In this document: positions 23,385-34,570 of the stretch, piece by piece
Layout: the number at the start of each line of letters is the position of its first letter
How positions within the stretch are numbered: position 1 is the first letter of the stretch
Assembly (NCBI GenBank): GCA_030390025.1
Contig: CM059431.1
Location: 115,446,001 to 115,510,000, forward strand
Direction of reading: 5' to 3'
From: Squalus acanthias
Lineage: Eukaryota
DNA: 64,000 nucleotides
Translations under genes and position numbers: made by a program
Notes under the pieces: model-generated
Databases searched by the model: none
What the model saw: only the letters and a program-made list of their open reading frames with translations
What the model was told of the DNA's origin: nothing

Positions 23385-25062
23385 GATCACGGGGTCGGCA
23401 TGGTCAGGGATCATGGGGGGGTGGTCGGGGATCATGGGGGGGAGGTTGAGGATCCGTGCGGGGTGGTCGGGGATCAACATGGTCGGGGATCATTGGGGGG
23501 GGGCGGTCAGGGATCCATGGGAGGTCGTCGGAGATCGGCATGGTCGGGGATCGTGGGGGGGGCCGGGGATCGGCATGGTCGGGGATCGTGGGGGGGTCAG
23601 GGATCGGCATGGTCGGGGATCGTGGGGGGGGTCAGGGATCGGCATGGTCGGGGATCGTGGGGGGGGTCAGGGATCGGCATGGTCGGGGATCGTGGGGGGG
23701 ATCATGGATCGGCATGGTCGGGGATCGTGGGGGGGGGCCGGGGATCGGCATGGTTGGGGATCGTGGGGGGGGTCAGGGATCGGCATGGTCGGGGATCGTG
23801 GGGGGGGCCGGGGATCGGCATGGTCGGGGATCGTGGGGGGGGGCCGGGGATCGGCATGGTCGGAGATCGTGGGGGGGGGCCGGGGATCGGCATGGTCGGG
23901 GATCGTGGGGGGGGTCAGGGATCGGCATGGTCGGGGATCATGGGGGGGGCCGGGGATCGGCATGGTCGGGGATCGTGGCGGGGGGCCGGGGATCGGCATG
24001 GTCGGGGATCTTGGGGGGGGTCAGGGATCGGCATGGTCGGGAGCTCGTGGGGGGGGGTCAGGGATCGGCATGGTCGGGGATCGTGGGGGGGGTCAGGGAT
24101 CGGCATGGTCGAGGATCATTGGGGGGGGGGTCAGGGATCCATGGGATGTCATCGGAGATCGGCATGGTCGGGGATCGTGGGGGGGGTCAGGGACCGGCAT
24201 GGTCGGGGATCGTGGGGGGGGCCGGGGATCGACATGGTCGGGGATCGTGGGGGGGGGGTCGGAGATCGGCATGGTCGGGGATCGTGGGGGGGGGGGTCGG
24301 GGATCAGCATGGTCGGGGATCGTGGGGGGGGTGTCGGGGATCAGCATGGTCGGGGATCGTGGGGGGGGTCAGAGATCGGCATGGTCGGGGATCGTGGGGG
24401 GGGTCAGGGATCGGCATGGTCGGGGATCGTGGGGGGGAGTCGGAGATCGGCATGGTCGGGGATCGTGGGGGGGGTCGGAGATCGGCATGGTCGGGGATCG
24501 TGGGGGGGTCAGGGATCGGCATGGTCGGGGATCGTGGGGGGGGTCAGGGATCGGCATGGTCGGGGATTGTGTGGGGGGGTCAGGGATTGGCATGGTCGGG
24601 GATCGTGGGGGGGGTCAGGGATCGGCATGGTCGGGGATCGTGGGGGGGGGGTCAGGGATCGGCATGGTCGGGGATTGTGTGGGGGGGGTCAGGGATCGGC
24701 ATGGTCGGGGATCGTGGGGGGGTCAGGGATCGGCATGGTCGGGGATTGTGGGGGGGGTCAGGGATCGGCATGGTCGGGGATCGTGGAGGGGTCAGGGATC
24801 GGCATGGTCGGGGATCGTGGGGGGGGTCGGGGATCGGCATGGTCGGGGATCGTGGGGGGGGGTCGGAGATCGGCATGGTCGTGGATTGTGTGGGGGGGGG
24901 TCAGGGATCGGCATGGTCGGGGATCGTGGGGGGGGGGTCAGGGATCGGCATGGTCGGGGATCGTGGGGGGGGTCAGGGATCGGCATGGTCGTGGATTGTG
25001 TGGGGGGGGTCAGGGATCGGCATGGTCGGGGATCGTGGGGGGGGTCGGGGATCGGCATGGTC
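23385..25062. repeat. G-rich minisatellite, ~33-37-bp unit GGGATCGGCATGGTCGGGGATCGT(G)nTCA
   Basis: Dozens of tandem copies with a variable-length G tract. Confidence 0.97.
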
Positions 25063-25616
25063 CAGGGGAGGGTGATCGGAGGCCCGGGGGAGGGTAATCG
25101 GAGGCCCGGGGGAGGGTGATCGGAGGCCCGGGATGGTGATCGGAGGCCCGGGGGAGGGTGATCGGAGGCCCGGGGGAGGGTGATCGGAGGCCCGGGATGG
25201 CGATCGGTGGCCCGGGATGGTGATCGGAGGCCCGGGGGAGGGTGATCGGAAGCCCGGGGGAGGGTGATCGGAAGCCCGGGGGAGGGTGATCGGAGGCCCG
25301 GGGGAGGGTGATCGGAGGCCCGGGGGAGGGTGATCGGAGGCCCGGGGGATGGCGATCGGAGGCCTGGGATGGTGATCGGAGGCCCGGGGGAGGGTGATCG
25401 GAGGCCCGGGGGATGGTGATCGGAGGCCCGGGGGAGGGTGATCGGAGGCCGGGGGATGGTGATCGGAGGCCCGGGGGAGGGTGATCGGAGGCCCGGGGGA
25501 TGGTGATCGGAGGCCTGGGGGATGGTGATCGGAGGCCCGGGGGAGGGTGATCGGAGGCCCGGGGGAGGGCGATCGGAGGCCTTGGGGAGGGTGATCGGAG
25601 GCCCGGGGGAGGGTGG
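25063..25616. repeat. G-rich minisatellite, ~22-bp unit GGCCCGGGGGAGGGTGATCGGA
   Basis: About 25 tandem copies directly following the first array. Confidence 0.97.
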
Positions 25617-28600
25617 TCTCCGATCACGGGGGGGTGGGTATAATCGGAACCCTGGATCCAGGAGGTTGGTATAAAGCCACTTACCTCCTGGATACAGCAG
25701 TCCCCGCCTTGGTTTAACTGTTGGGTTTCACGAATTGCATGAAACCCATCCACAGGCAGTTAAATTCAAAATGGAGGGAAAAAAGAGGCTTCCAGCCTCA
25801 TTATAATATTTAAATTGACGCTTCCCGCTCCGCCCCCGACCCGCCTCCGTTAAAACCGGAAGTGGGCGGGTTGGAGGCGGGATCAGGTTTAACAATTTAA
25901 CTACCCCCATGCTCCAAACCCACGTTTTTTTCGGGAAAATTCTGGCCTATGTGCATAAAATCAATCCCAGTTATTTACAGCAGTGCGGTCTCCACTCGTG
26001 ATTGATGGAGGAAATCCCAATCATCCCCATTCTGGCTGGGACTTGTGGTGTCACTATATGTAGCCAGGAAAGTCTGCCAGACTTCCTGCTGAGCATCTGG
26101 GACTAGCGACTCTCTAGTATAAAGAATATGAGGTATTTATCGATAACAGAGACAAGCTAACACCACCTACTTGCACTTATGCAGTGCCTTTAATGTAGAA
26201 AATGCTACAATGCACTTTACAGAAACATAATAAAAAAATAGACATTGAGGCAAAGCAGGAAGTGGTTGGAAGGTTGAAAGAGATGAGTTTTATGGAAGGT
26301 TTTAAAGAGAGAGGGAGATGGAGAGGAGGAGAGGTTTAGGGAGGAATTCCAGAGTATGGGGCCAAGGCTGCTGAACGCACAGCTGACAATGGTGGGGCAA
26401 AGGAAGGGGTTTGCAAAAGAGGTCAGAATCAAAGGAATGAAGATGTTTGGGGAGGTTGTAGGGCTGGTGGAGGTTACAGAGATAGGGAGTGGCAAGGTCA
26501 TAAAGGTACTTAAGCAAGTTGCTTATTATTTACAGTCTAAGAGGAATCAACATCAAAGTGAACTAATTATCATTTTAACTACCTATTGTATCAGACCCCT
26601 TTTTTAACCTGGATGAATACATTATGCTTTAAACACAACATTTAAAGAAACACTCTTTCCAAATCCTTTCTGTGAAAAAATGGTCAAAGGATCCTGAAAT
26701 ATGACAATGGCCCTCTTTGAAGATGAGCAGAGAGCCAACGTTCGTCCCTCAGTCCACACCAACAAAAGTAGATTAATTAGTCATTCATCCAATTATTGTT
26801 TGTGGGACTTTGTTGTATGAAAAATGGCCGCCATGTTTGCCAACATAATAGCACCTACTGCACTTCATTTTATGAGATATTTTTTGAGGGAAGTGATATG
26901 GGCTATATAAATATGATTTTTTTGGATCGAATTGCAGGCTTTGACTGATGGACCCTGGAGGACTGGATTTTACCTGCCGAGACGAGTTGGGGGCGGGACT
27001 GCTGCCTTCCGGGTTCTAGTCCCGCCCCCAGCGACGTCCGACACACAGACGCTATTTTCCCCTGATTGGCCTTGTTAAGCCCGTCCTGTGGGCTTGCTGA
27101 CCAATTAAGGGAAAGCTGTAAGGGTTTTTGTCGTGCTTGTATCACAGACGGTGCTGGAGCGAGGTTAGGCCTTCGTTGCCTAATACTATTGCTTGCTCTG
27201 GTCTCCGGCCAGCCTTATTGCAATAAGCACCTGTGAGTGGTTCGACCCACTCGCCCTTACGGTTCTAACACTGGACTTAGGTGCAGGGAGCAGTAATGCA
27301 GAGAAAAACTCAAATAGACCTGGTTGAATAGTACGAAATGGAAATCTTTATTGCATAGCGTCCAAAATCATGAAGTACATGTCATAGGCGCAAATTAACG
27401 AGAGTACAAGTATACATACATTCATAAAGCTTGGTCTATGGAAATGAAGAACGCACGGCACATCGTAAAAAGGGGAACACATTATACTTTATCCTTAATA
27501 AAACCACCCTCCCTTATCAATACCTACACTACATCTAGATTTGTAGGATCGGGAAACATGCTCACCACTCGTGATACTTCGGAGAATTTTAAAGTGAGGC
27601 ACTCGGCTCGTTTCGCTGCAGCGCCTGACTGTCACGTGTTTGGAGGGGTCTCTGTACCCCACTTGTTTATCTTTGCTGCTGCGACAAGCAGGCCAGACCG
27701 TCTTTTGTCATGAAGAACTCGACAGAACTCGGAACGTTTGTAAAATTCAAAGAAGAGTCTTCCTGTACCGACACCGGTTGTCGGTAGATTTAAATGAAGA
27801 GTCTTTTATTATATTTTCGGGCGTGATCGGGGTTTACTGACCGTGGCGGCACGTGGATTCTTCTTCTTCTCGTCTCGTTTCGTCTTGTCTCTTCGGGCCT
27901 TCGGGTCCAGACACCGTTTACCGACCCTCGGGATGGTGCACCCGGTCACTTGCCCTTGTCGAGGCGGCTCGTTCCATTTGAGCTCCACCCAACATTTGAA
28001 TAACTGACCAGTACGGCCAAAAGTCAACAAAGTCCAGAGAAGACACAAAGGTTGCTCGTCCAGCAGAGTGATATCCGAGGATCAGGATAAGAGAATAAGA
28101 GAGCGATGGACATTTGTTCACTATAGTTATAGTGCTGTGTTCCCTTATCTCCCGCTCAAATCTTAATGTTTGTCCTTTGTGTAATACTGGTGCACAAAAC
28201 TCCCAGCATGGGGCGATTCTTTCCTTTAACGGGTTTCGGTAGCACCTGAAACTGGCCAACTATCCGTTAATGTTTTCCCCATTGTCGAACCGGCTAGGAG
28301 TCTCCCTGACTGGTTTTGGGGCCTCCTCGAATACTGACTTAATCACCCGTGAATGGCTCTCTCATTGTAGAGCTGTGGGGGTATATGTGTATTGCTGTGT
28401 CTGGATGGGCCTTCGATTGCCCAGTACAATGGTCCTTACTTGTGCATGGAAAATGATTCCAGCACTTATATCTTTGCTATTGTCACAAATGCAAACAGGT
28501 TGCATCCTGTCTTTATCAATGTTTACCGAGTATGATCCCATCTTATACTGAAATGTTTATTCGACGCCATCTTGTCTGCCCACTGTATTTCTGGAAGCTT

Positions 28601-28742
28601 CTGCCACGATGCGCGGTGGCCATTTTACAGGCTTCTGTGTCCTTTTTAATCATGATGTGGAGATGCCGGCGTTGGACTGGGGTGGACAAAAATGAGAAGT
28701 CGCACAACACCAGGTTATAGTCCAACAGATTTATTTAAAATT

Positions 28743-28774
28743 ACAAGCTTTCGGAGCTGTCGCTCCTTCCTCAG
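28743..28774 (-). ncRNA. Minimal hammerhead ribozyme-like motif in Penelope pLTR
   Basis: CUGAGGA-A-GGAGC-GACA-GCUCC-GAAA-GCUU. The upstream stem I arm appears replaced. Confidence 0.55.
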
Positions 28775-28974
28775 AGAATCTCCCAGAATTCACAGTATAA
28801 ACACAGAAAAAATGTATTCAAATCTTTCCCTACATCAAAGACACACTAAGAGCACAGCCAAGACAATGAGATGTGTCCCAGGGGGTCCAACGTGTCAAAA
28901 CACCTGCTGGCTGCATATCCTCTGCAGTTGACTTTGGAAAAAAAAAGTCTGGAAAGACCGGCCATGATGTCAAG

Positions 28975-29727
28975 TCACGTTCTGTATCGTGACATGAACC
29001 CGATATCGCGATTGAGGCCATCCTCATGAGTGCGGAACTTGGCTATCAGTTTCTGCTCTATGATTTTGCGCTGTCGTGTATCGCCTTGGAGAACGCTTAC
29101 CCGCAGATCCGAGGCTGAATGCCCCTGACTGCTGAAGTGTTCCCCGACTGGGAGGCAACCCTCCTGCCTGGCGATTATTGCGCGGTGTCCGTTCATACGT
29201 TGTCTCAGTGTCTGCATGGTCTCGCCGATGTACCATGCTCTGGGGCATCCTTTACTGCAACGTATCAGGTAGACAACGTTGGCCGAGTCACATGAGTATG
29301 TACCATGTACCTGGTGGGTAGTGTCCTCACGTGTGATGATGGTATCTGTGTCCATGATCTGGCATGTCTTGCAGAGGTTGCCGTGGCAGGGTTGTGTGGT
29401 GTCGTGGTTGCTGTTCTCCTGAAAGATGGGTAATCTGCCGCGAACGATGGTACTTTTGAGGTTAGGCGGCTGCTTGAAGGCGAGTAGTGGAGGCGTGGGA
29501 ATGGCCTTAGCAAGGTGTTCGTTGTCATCGATGACATGTTGAAGGCTGCGAAGAACATGGCGTAGTTTTTCCGCTCCGGGGAAGTACTGAACGACGTAGG
29601 GTACTCTGTTGGTTGTGTCCCGTGTTTGTCTTCTGAGGAGGTCTATGCGGTTTTTCGCTGTGGCCCGTCGGAACTGTCGATCGACGAGTCGAGCGTCATA
29701 TCCCATTCTTACGAGGGCGTCTTTCAG
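28975..29727 (-). pseudogene. Penelope linker and GIY-YIG endonuclease fragment
   Basis: C..C.TC linker, VVYLIRC...WYIGET, LRQRMNGH, VGEHF, GLNRD. Confidence 0.88.
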
Positions 29728-30982
29728 TGAACGCGATGGACACCTACGGACACGGTGTTGTGCGATTTCTCTTTTTAATCATGACAGCATTTCGTTTAAA
29801 TAAACTGATCAAACAAATCTACTTCTCTCTTGTTATTTTGAATCGCAATAATTGCGAAACTTTACAAGCCGGTGTCAGATGACGTCAGTTGATGACACTT
29901 CATCTGCCGATTTTCTTAAAGGGACATGACTCATTTATTTTTGACAGATAATTTGTCAATGTTTGACAACATTGAGGTGCTGTCAAACACTGACAATCAC
30001 TGTACAAAGGTGAGCCCTTTCACCCAGGCTCTCCAATGACTCTCTCCTTAGGATAAAACAGATGGCAGCTGCAGGTGAGGTTACAGAAGCGATCTGTCAC
30101 TTCTCCCAATGAGGTGAGGCCACACAAACACTTCAAAGCTTGTCACCTACAGAAAAATCTAAACACATTAAAAATGACTTTCCCAACATCTCCTTACCTC
30201 TGATACTCACCAGTGTCCCATTAGATCCTTCACACCACTTCTGCAGCTGTCATCTATACACAAACATTACAACAGACCCACAGCATGCCTCACTTACCCT
30301 GGCGGGGTTCCCCGACATCGGGAAACCCACAGCAGAAGTCTCAAAATGGGAACAAGCCTCTTAACTGCCTGTTAACTACCTGATAACAGGCAGTTAAGTG
30401 GCTAAAATCCTCTTCCTGCCGCTAGGAGTCGGGTCCCTGCGCAAATCGGGGGCCTGGCTCCCAGGAAGATTGTTTGGAGGCAGGTTGGGAGCGGGTTCGG
30501 GACCCGCTCCCATTCTTTTTGATTTTGCCAGCAGTCCCGCCTCCAAACCCGTCTCCTCAGGGCTGGTAAAATCCAGCCCCTTGTGATCCTAGGACCCCCA
30601 TTGGCATATTGAGATGGGAGTACCTCCTGAAACAGGCAGACGCTTCAGGGCTCAGGGATAGGCCCCTTTCAAAATGACACCAACCACATCATTGGGGTTA
30701 ATGGGGTGGTAAGGCGCCCGACCACATTTTGAAGCTGTTGCCATCTCGTTAATGCCAGGCGATACAACTTAAAATCGAACCTCTCTGTCCACTTGGCTTT
30801 CAATCATTACAATTGACAGGAATAGGAAACTGAGATTGTTTTTTTTTAAAAAGACAATATACTAGCCAATGGGTTCATTGGAGAGTTCTAGCATGCTTAA
30901 TTAGTACCTCAATGACTCTGAACAGGTTGTCCCCAACACGACTAACACAACAAACTTACAATATATCTTAACTATAACTTCC

Positions 30983-31280
30983 TCAATGGCTTAGTGGGTA
31001 AATTAATCACTTAGTGTGGTGCTGATCGATACAGACCAGAAGATCCTCTGGGCGAGGGAGGGCAAAAATCAGCCAGAGTTCCTGCCCTTTGATCGCTATT
31101 TAGTGACTTCTGTTGGAATGTATGCATATATGTATACCAGGCTTATTTATGATACCTTGCCTTTCACTCATTGCAGAAGTTCATACAGGAAGAATGCCTA
31201 TTTGGGAGATGCTCCACAGAGCTACCGTATCACAGGAAGAAAGAACACCTTTAGGAGGGGTGGAAGGAAATTGGGGGACA
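30983..31280 (+). mobile_element. Old tRNA-derived SINE
   Basis: A-box-like tggcttagtggg; gggagggcaaaaatcagccagagttcctgc core shared with decayed copies near 18350-19250, 40120-40400 and 59980-60270. Confidence 0.45.
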
Positions 31281-31394
31281 AAAAACTGAATGTTTGCATA
31301 ATGGTTTGATAAACATGTGCTGTATCTTGTGTCATGTTAATAAAAATGTCTGCATGATATCCTCTCAATTAATTTGTAGGTAGGTCAGGACACT

Positions 31395-33099
31395 GGCCCA
31401 GAAATTGGAGGTGTTAGCGCTGGCCTTTAAGGCCCGTTTTGTTGAAAAAAATGGCGGCCGCCTGACTTCCACCCGCTTCCGATGGGTCCCGCGGCGGCCG
31501 CCATTTTCGGCAGGTGGGCAGCGCTGCTGTTGCCTGCGCTCGCAGCAAGTATTTTAATTAGCAGGAGTGTGACGTCAATCGGCGTGTGACGCTGAATTGA
31601 CGCATGCTCATCCATTTTGGAGCTCGTCACTCCAATTACCGCCCTCTCCAAAGCACGCCTGTGCATGCAGCCATTGACAGCGCGGAGAGGAGGGAGAAAG
31701 TGGCGGTGAGCTAGAACCCGTGCAGTAAACAGCTGCTGGGAAAACTGGTAACTATGGAGAGCTCAGACTATGTAATTGGAGTGAAAACTGCTTCCAATGA
31801 GGTGCATCAAATCTCCCCCCTGGTCAGTCAAACATTATAGGTGGTAAATACTCTTAAAATAAACTCTACTGTATTACAGTTGTAATAAGCTGAGGAAAAA
31901 AAATCAAAGCTGCATTTCCTTAAATTTTATACATTGGGGTTTTCTAGTTTAGCAACTGATAAAATAACATGCAAAGTTTGGAAGTCTGCTTTTAAAAGGC
32001 TTGACAGCATATTCTCACCAAGAGTTCTTCAAACGTCTGCTGTTGTTAAAAATGTAATTGAACTCTCCTCTGAACCACTTATACCAGTAAACTCCTGACC
32101 AAGAGTTCACTTTCCCCTTTTTAAAAATGTCTTTCCATTGATGTCTCATGCAACGGTTTAAGGACATCTGTGTCACAGTCTTTATATTGTTGAGGCTGCC
32201 GCGAAACACGAATGGAGGCTGAATCCATATGTGGAAAACAAGAAACTTTTATTCACTGCATGCTATAACAAAATGGCTGCGAGAGCTGCCCCCAGAATCC
32301 CCTGGAAAACTCCCAGAATTCTCTGGGTAAAACCTGAGGCCCTGCCCCCTTCTGCCTTAAAGGTAATGTGCCTTAAAGGGGAGGGGCTGGAAATTTGTCC
32401 ACAGACGGAAGAGTGGATTATGCCCGTTTTAGGTGGCGATCCGCCACAATATGGTGTTTCCAGTCACAGTCCCTCCAGATCTGAGCCTGTGCTTTAAGAG
32501 CCACCCACCAGGGAGTGAATCCCCTATGCGATATACAGGCTAGTGCACTGTCACTGCTCACTGCAAGATGGTGTAGCCCCATCCCCATCCCCCTCCAGCA
32601 CCATGGTGGAGCACAAACCTCCACACAGCTACCATCTGTGTGAAAGATCTGTGGAGCTGTGGCAGCCAGCGAAAGTGGGAGAACCAGGCAGTCTGGCACC
32701 CATTTGTGGACCCCACACGAGACCCAGACAAATGTCCACAAAAGTAAGAGGGGAGCCCTGGACAAACAAATGCGCTGTGATGTGCCACAACACAGAATGC
32801 TCCAACCCTACAAGGACCACCAGCAGACTCGATAGCAAAACCCAGGAGCCGTCACCAAGTGATCCGACCACAGCACATTGCCCGAGAACGCTGCACCGAT
32901 CCTTCAGGCGCGACAATTGGCCTCCTGCTGAGGTTAGCGCTGGAAAGAGCGCATTGCACTAGAGATTCTCCGCTCCGCTCATGTAAATTAACAGGCAGCA
33001 CCAAAATACCGGTGCTGCCTGTGCTCTTTTTGCCGGCGGCCATTAGCCTTGGCTGACGGTGTTACTGGCAGGTTTCCGGCCTACTCAAATTTCTCGGCC
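31395..33099. mobile_element. Harbinger-type non-autonomous element
   Basis: TIRs GGCCCAGAAATT and AATTTCTCGGCC. No clear TSD; may be a composite. Confidence 0.5.
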
Positions 33100-33436
33100 T
33101 CGGATTCTTAAAATGGAAGCCTTGGCTACTGTTTCTGTTGAGTTTTCCTTTCCTTTGAGCTTGCGAGGCAGTGTGAATCTATTGTTCTGTCATTACAGGA
33201 AATAACATAGAACCTCGCTCTGGTCTGTGTAACATTTGATGCCTTGTTGACATTTATGGAAAGATTTTATATATTTGTGCTCTAACCTCGGAAGAGTAGA
33301 GTGTGCTCATGCATGATTTCCAGTGTATATCTTAGCAGTCAAAAGGGTTCATTGTTCTCTGGCACCTGCTATTCCAGGTAACTTTGTGTATTTGGTTCAG
33401 AGGGAACAAGGGCCTATCTTTGGAAGCAGACACTTT

Positions 33437-34201
33437 GGGGGAAAAATTCGGTTGCTCTGCGCCTCCCGTTAGTGCCCTAAGAGGGTGCTAACGGGGCACA
33501 AAGCAACTAGTGCCCGGGCGTGGCGCCGCCAACACCTCCCGCAAAATTCAGCAGCAGGTTAGCGGCGGCGGTAACCGTTAGCGCCCCGCTCGCACCCCGG
33601 CTGCGATCTTCGGTAGCGCCCCCTGACTTACCACCGGACACTATGTCTGACGGGGTCAGGGGGGCCTACCTGCGGCCGGGGCGGCGCTAATTAAAGGCGA
33701 GGTGCTGGGCGGCCATTTTTGTTGCTGGCCACCTGCCAGCACCTGCCCCCCATTGCCGTCCCCAGCATCCTCTGCAGCCCCCCCGCGGAGTGCCGGCTGC
33801 GCTCCTTGAGCCCGGCACTTCTCTTGAGTGCCGGCTGCGCTCCTTGAGCCCGGCACTTCTCTTGAGTGCCGGGGGGCTCTTTTGCTATCACTCCGATCCC
33901 TGGTGGCCCACCTGGGCCCCGGGTCGTGCTGTGCAAGGCCCCTCCCCTTTAAGAAGGGGAGGAAGGCCTGCAGTACCGCAGCGTGACATGCCGCAGTGCA
34001 TGACGATGCGGCACGTAGCGCCGCAATATTCCCTCGCAGCGCTCCAAGAGGGAGGTGGGGCGCTTCTAGTAGCACCCCGCTTCCCTCTTGGGGCGCTACC
34101 ATTCAATTTTGGCCGAGGGGGCGCTAATTTTTTCGGGGCGCTTAAAGTAGTGCCCCGGCGAAGTTAGCGCCCCAAAGGGGGCGCGATTCAACTTTTCCCC
34201 C
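33437..34201 (+). mobile_element. Non-autonomous derivative of Harbinger A (765 bp)
   Basis: Left end similar to 223-300; TIRs GGGGGAAAA and TTTTCCCCC; perfect TSD TTT; internal 38-bp tandem repeat at 33788-33872. Confidence 0.88.
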
Positions 34202-34251
34202 TTTGTGTTGGACACAAGAAAAAATATCTGAAGTGCATCCGAATTATAAAG

Positions 34252-34570
34252 ATGAACTCTTGTACAACTCAGCAAAGAGCCTACGATGAACTGCATTTGA
34301 TGGACAAGAAGCTGATGGAGCAGATGTTTGGTGTGCTCGAACAACAGTTCAAATGTTTGGACTCCCTTGGGCTGCTCTACAAAATGCCTCAAGAGAGTTG
34401 GCAGAATGATAGTGACATTGGTGCACGCTGCACAATAGAGCCATGGAAAGAGGCCTAAAGGAATTTGTTGCTGTGCAGCAGAAACAAGCCATGGCACAGG
34501 CAAAGGATAACAAGGAGCAAGCAGAAGCAGATCAGCCACTTAAGGTAGCAGCAATGATTCATCAGGCTCA
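34252..34570 (+). pseudogene. Old Harbinger transposase C-terminal remnant
   Basis: AYDELH...MEQMFGVLEQQFKCLDSLG.LLY aligns with YNESH...IERTIGVLKQRFRCLDHSGGALQY. Confidence 0.65.

Larger units (their letters stand above)
22319..25947. mobile_element. Harbinger-type non-autonomous element hosting a MITE and a minisatellite
   Basis: TIRs GGCCGGAATTTTC and GAAAATTCTGGCC; perfect TSD TAT (22316-22318 and 25948-25950). Confidence 0.82.
28656..29770 (-). mobile_element. Penelope-like element, 5'-truncated, with inverted 5' pieces
   Basis: GIY-YIG ORF; pLTR tail; duplicated flank CTTTTTAATCATGA (28642-28655 and 29771-29784). Confidence 0.9.
27129..29786 (-). mobile_element. Long (~1.5 kb after removing Penelope) retroviral-type LTR, possibly a foamy-like ERV solo LTR
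   Basis: Minus strand begins TGTCATGATT and ends AAGCACGACA; AATAAA at 27352-27347 with a downstream T-rich tract and ~220-bp U5-like segment; ORF remnants in the U3-like part. Confidence 0.55.
27117..29866 (+). mobile_element. Outer LTR-like insert TGTAA...TTACA (Gypsy-type solo LTR remnant)
   Basis: Inverted termini TGTAAGGGTTT and AAACTTTACA; duplicated flank (A)AGC; AATAAA near 29799 followed by a T-rich tract. Confidence 0.5.
26960..30579. mobile_element. Harbinger-type MITE split by LTR and Penelope insertions
   Basis: TIRs GGACTGGATTTT and AAAATCCAGCCC. Joining 27116 to 29870 restores colinearity with the sibling at 22519-23363. Confidence 0.72.

Noticed and set aside
23385..25616. 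CRISPR-like array
   Set aside because: No unique spacers and no cas genes; eukaryotic tandem repeat.
23307..25753. Long 539-596-aa Gly-rich ORFs in three frames and Pro-rich antisense ORFs
   Set aside because: Artefacts of a stop-free minisatellite; variable G tracts do not preserve frame.
27809..28048. Hepadnavirus core-like Arg-rich tail
   Set aside because: No polymerase or core motifs or direct repeats recognised; an LTR context fits better.
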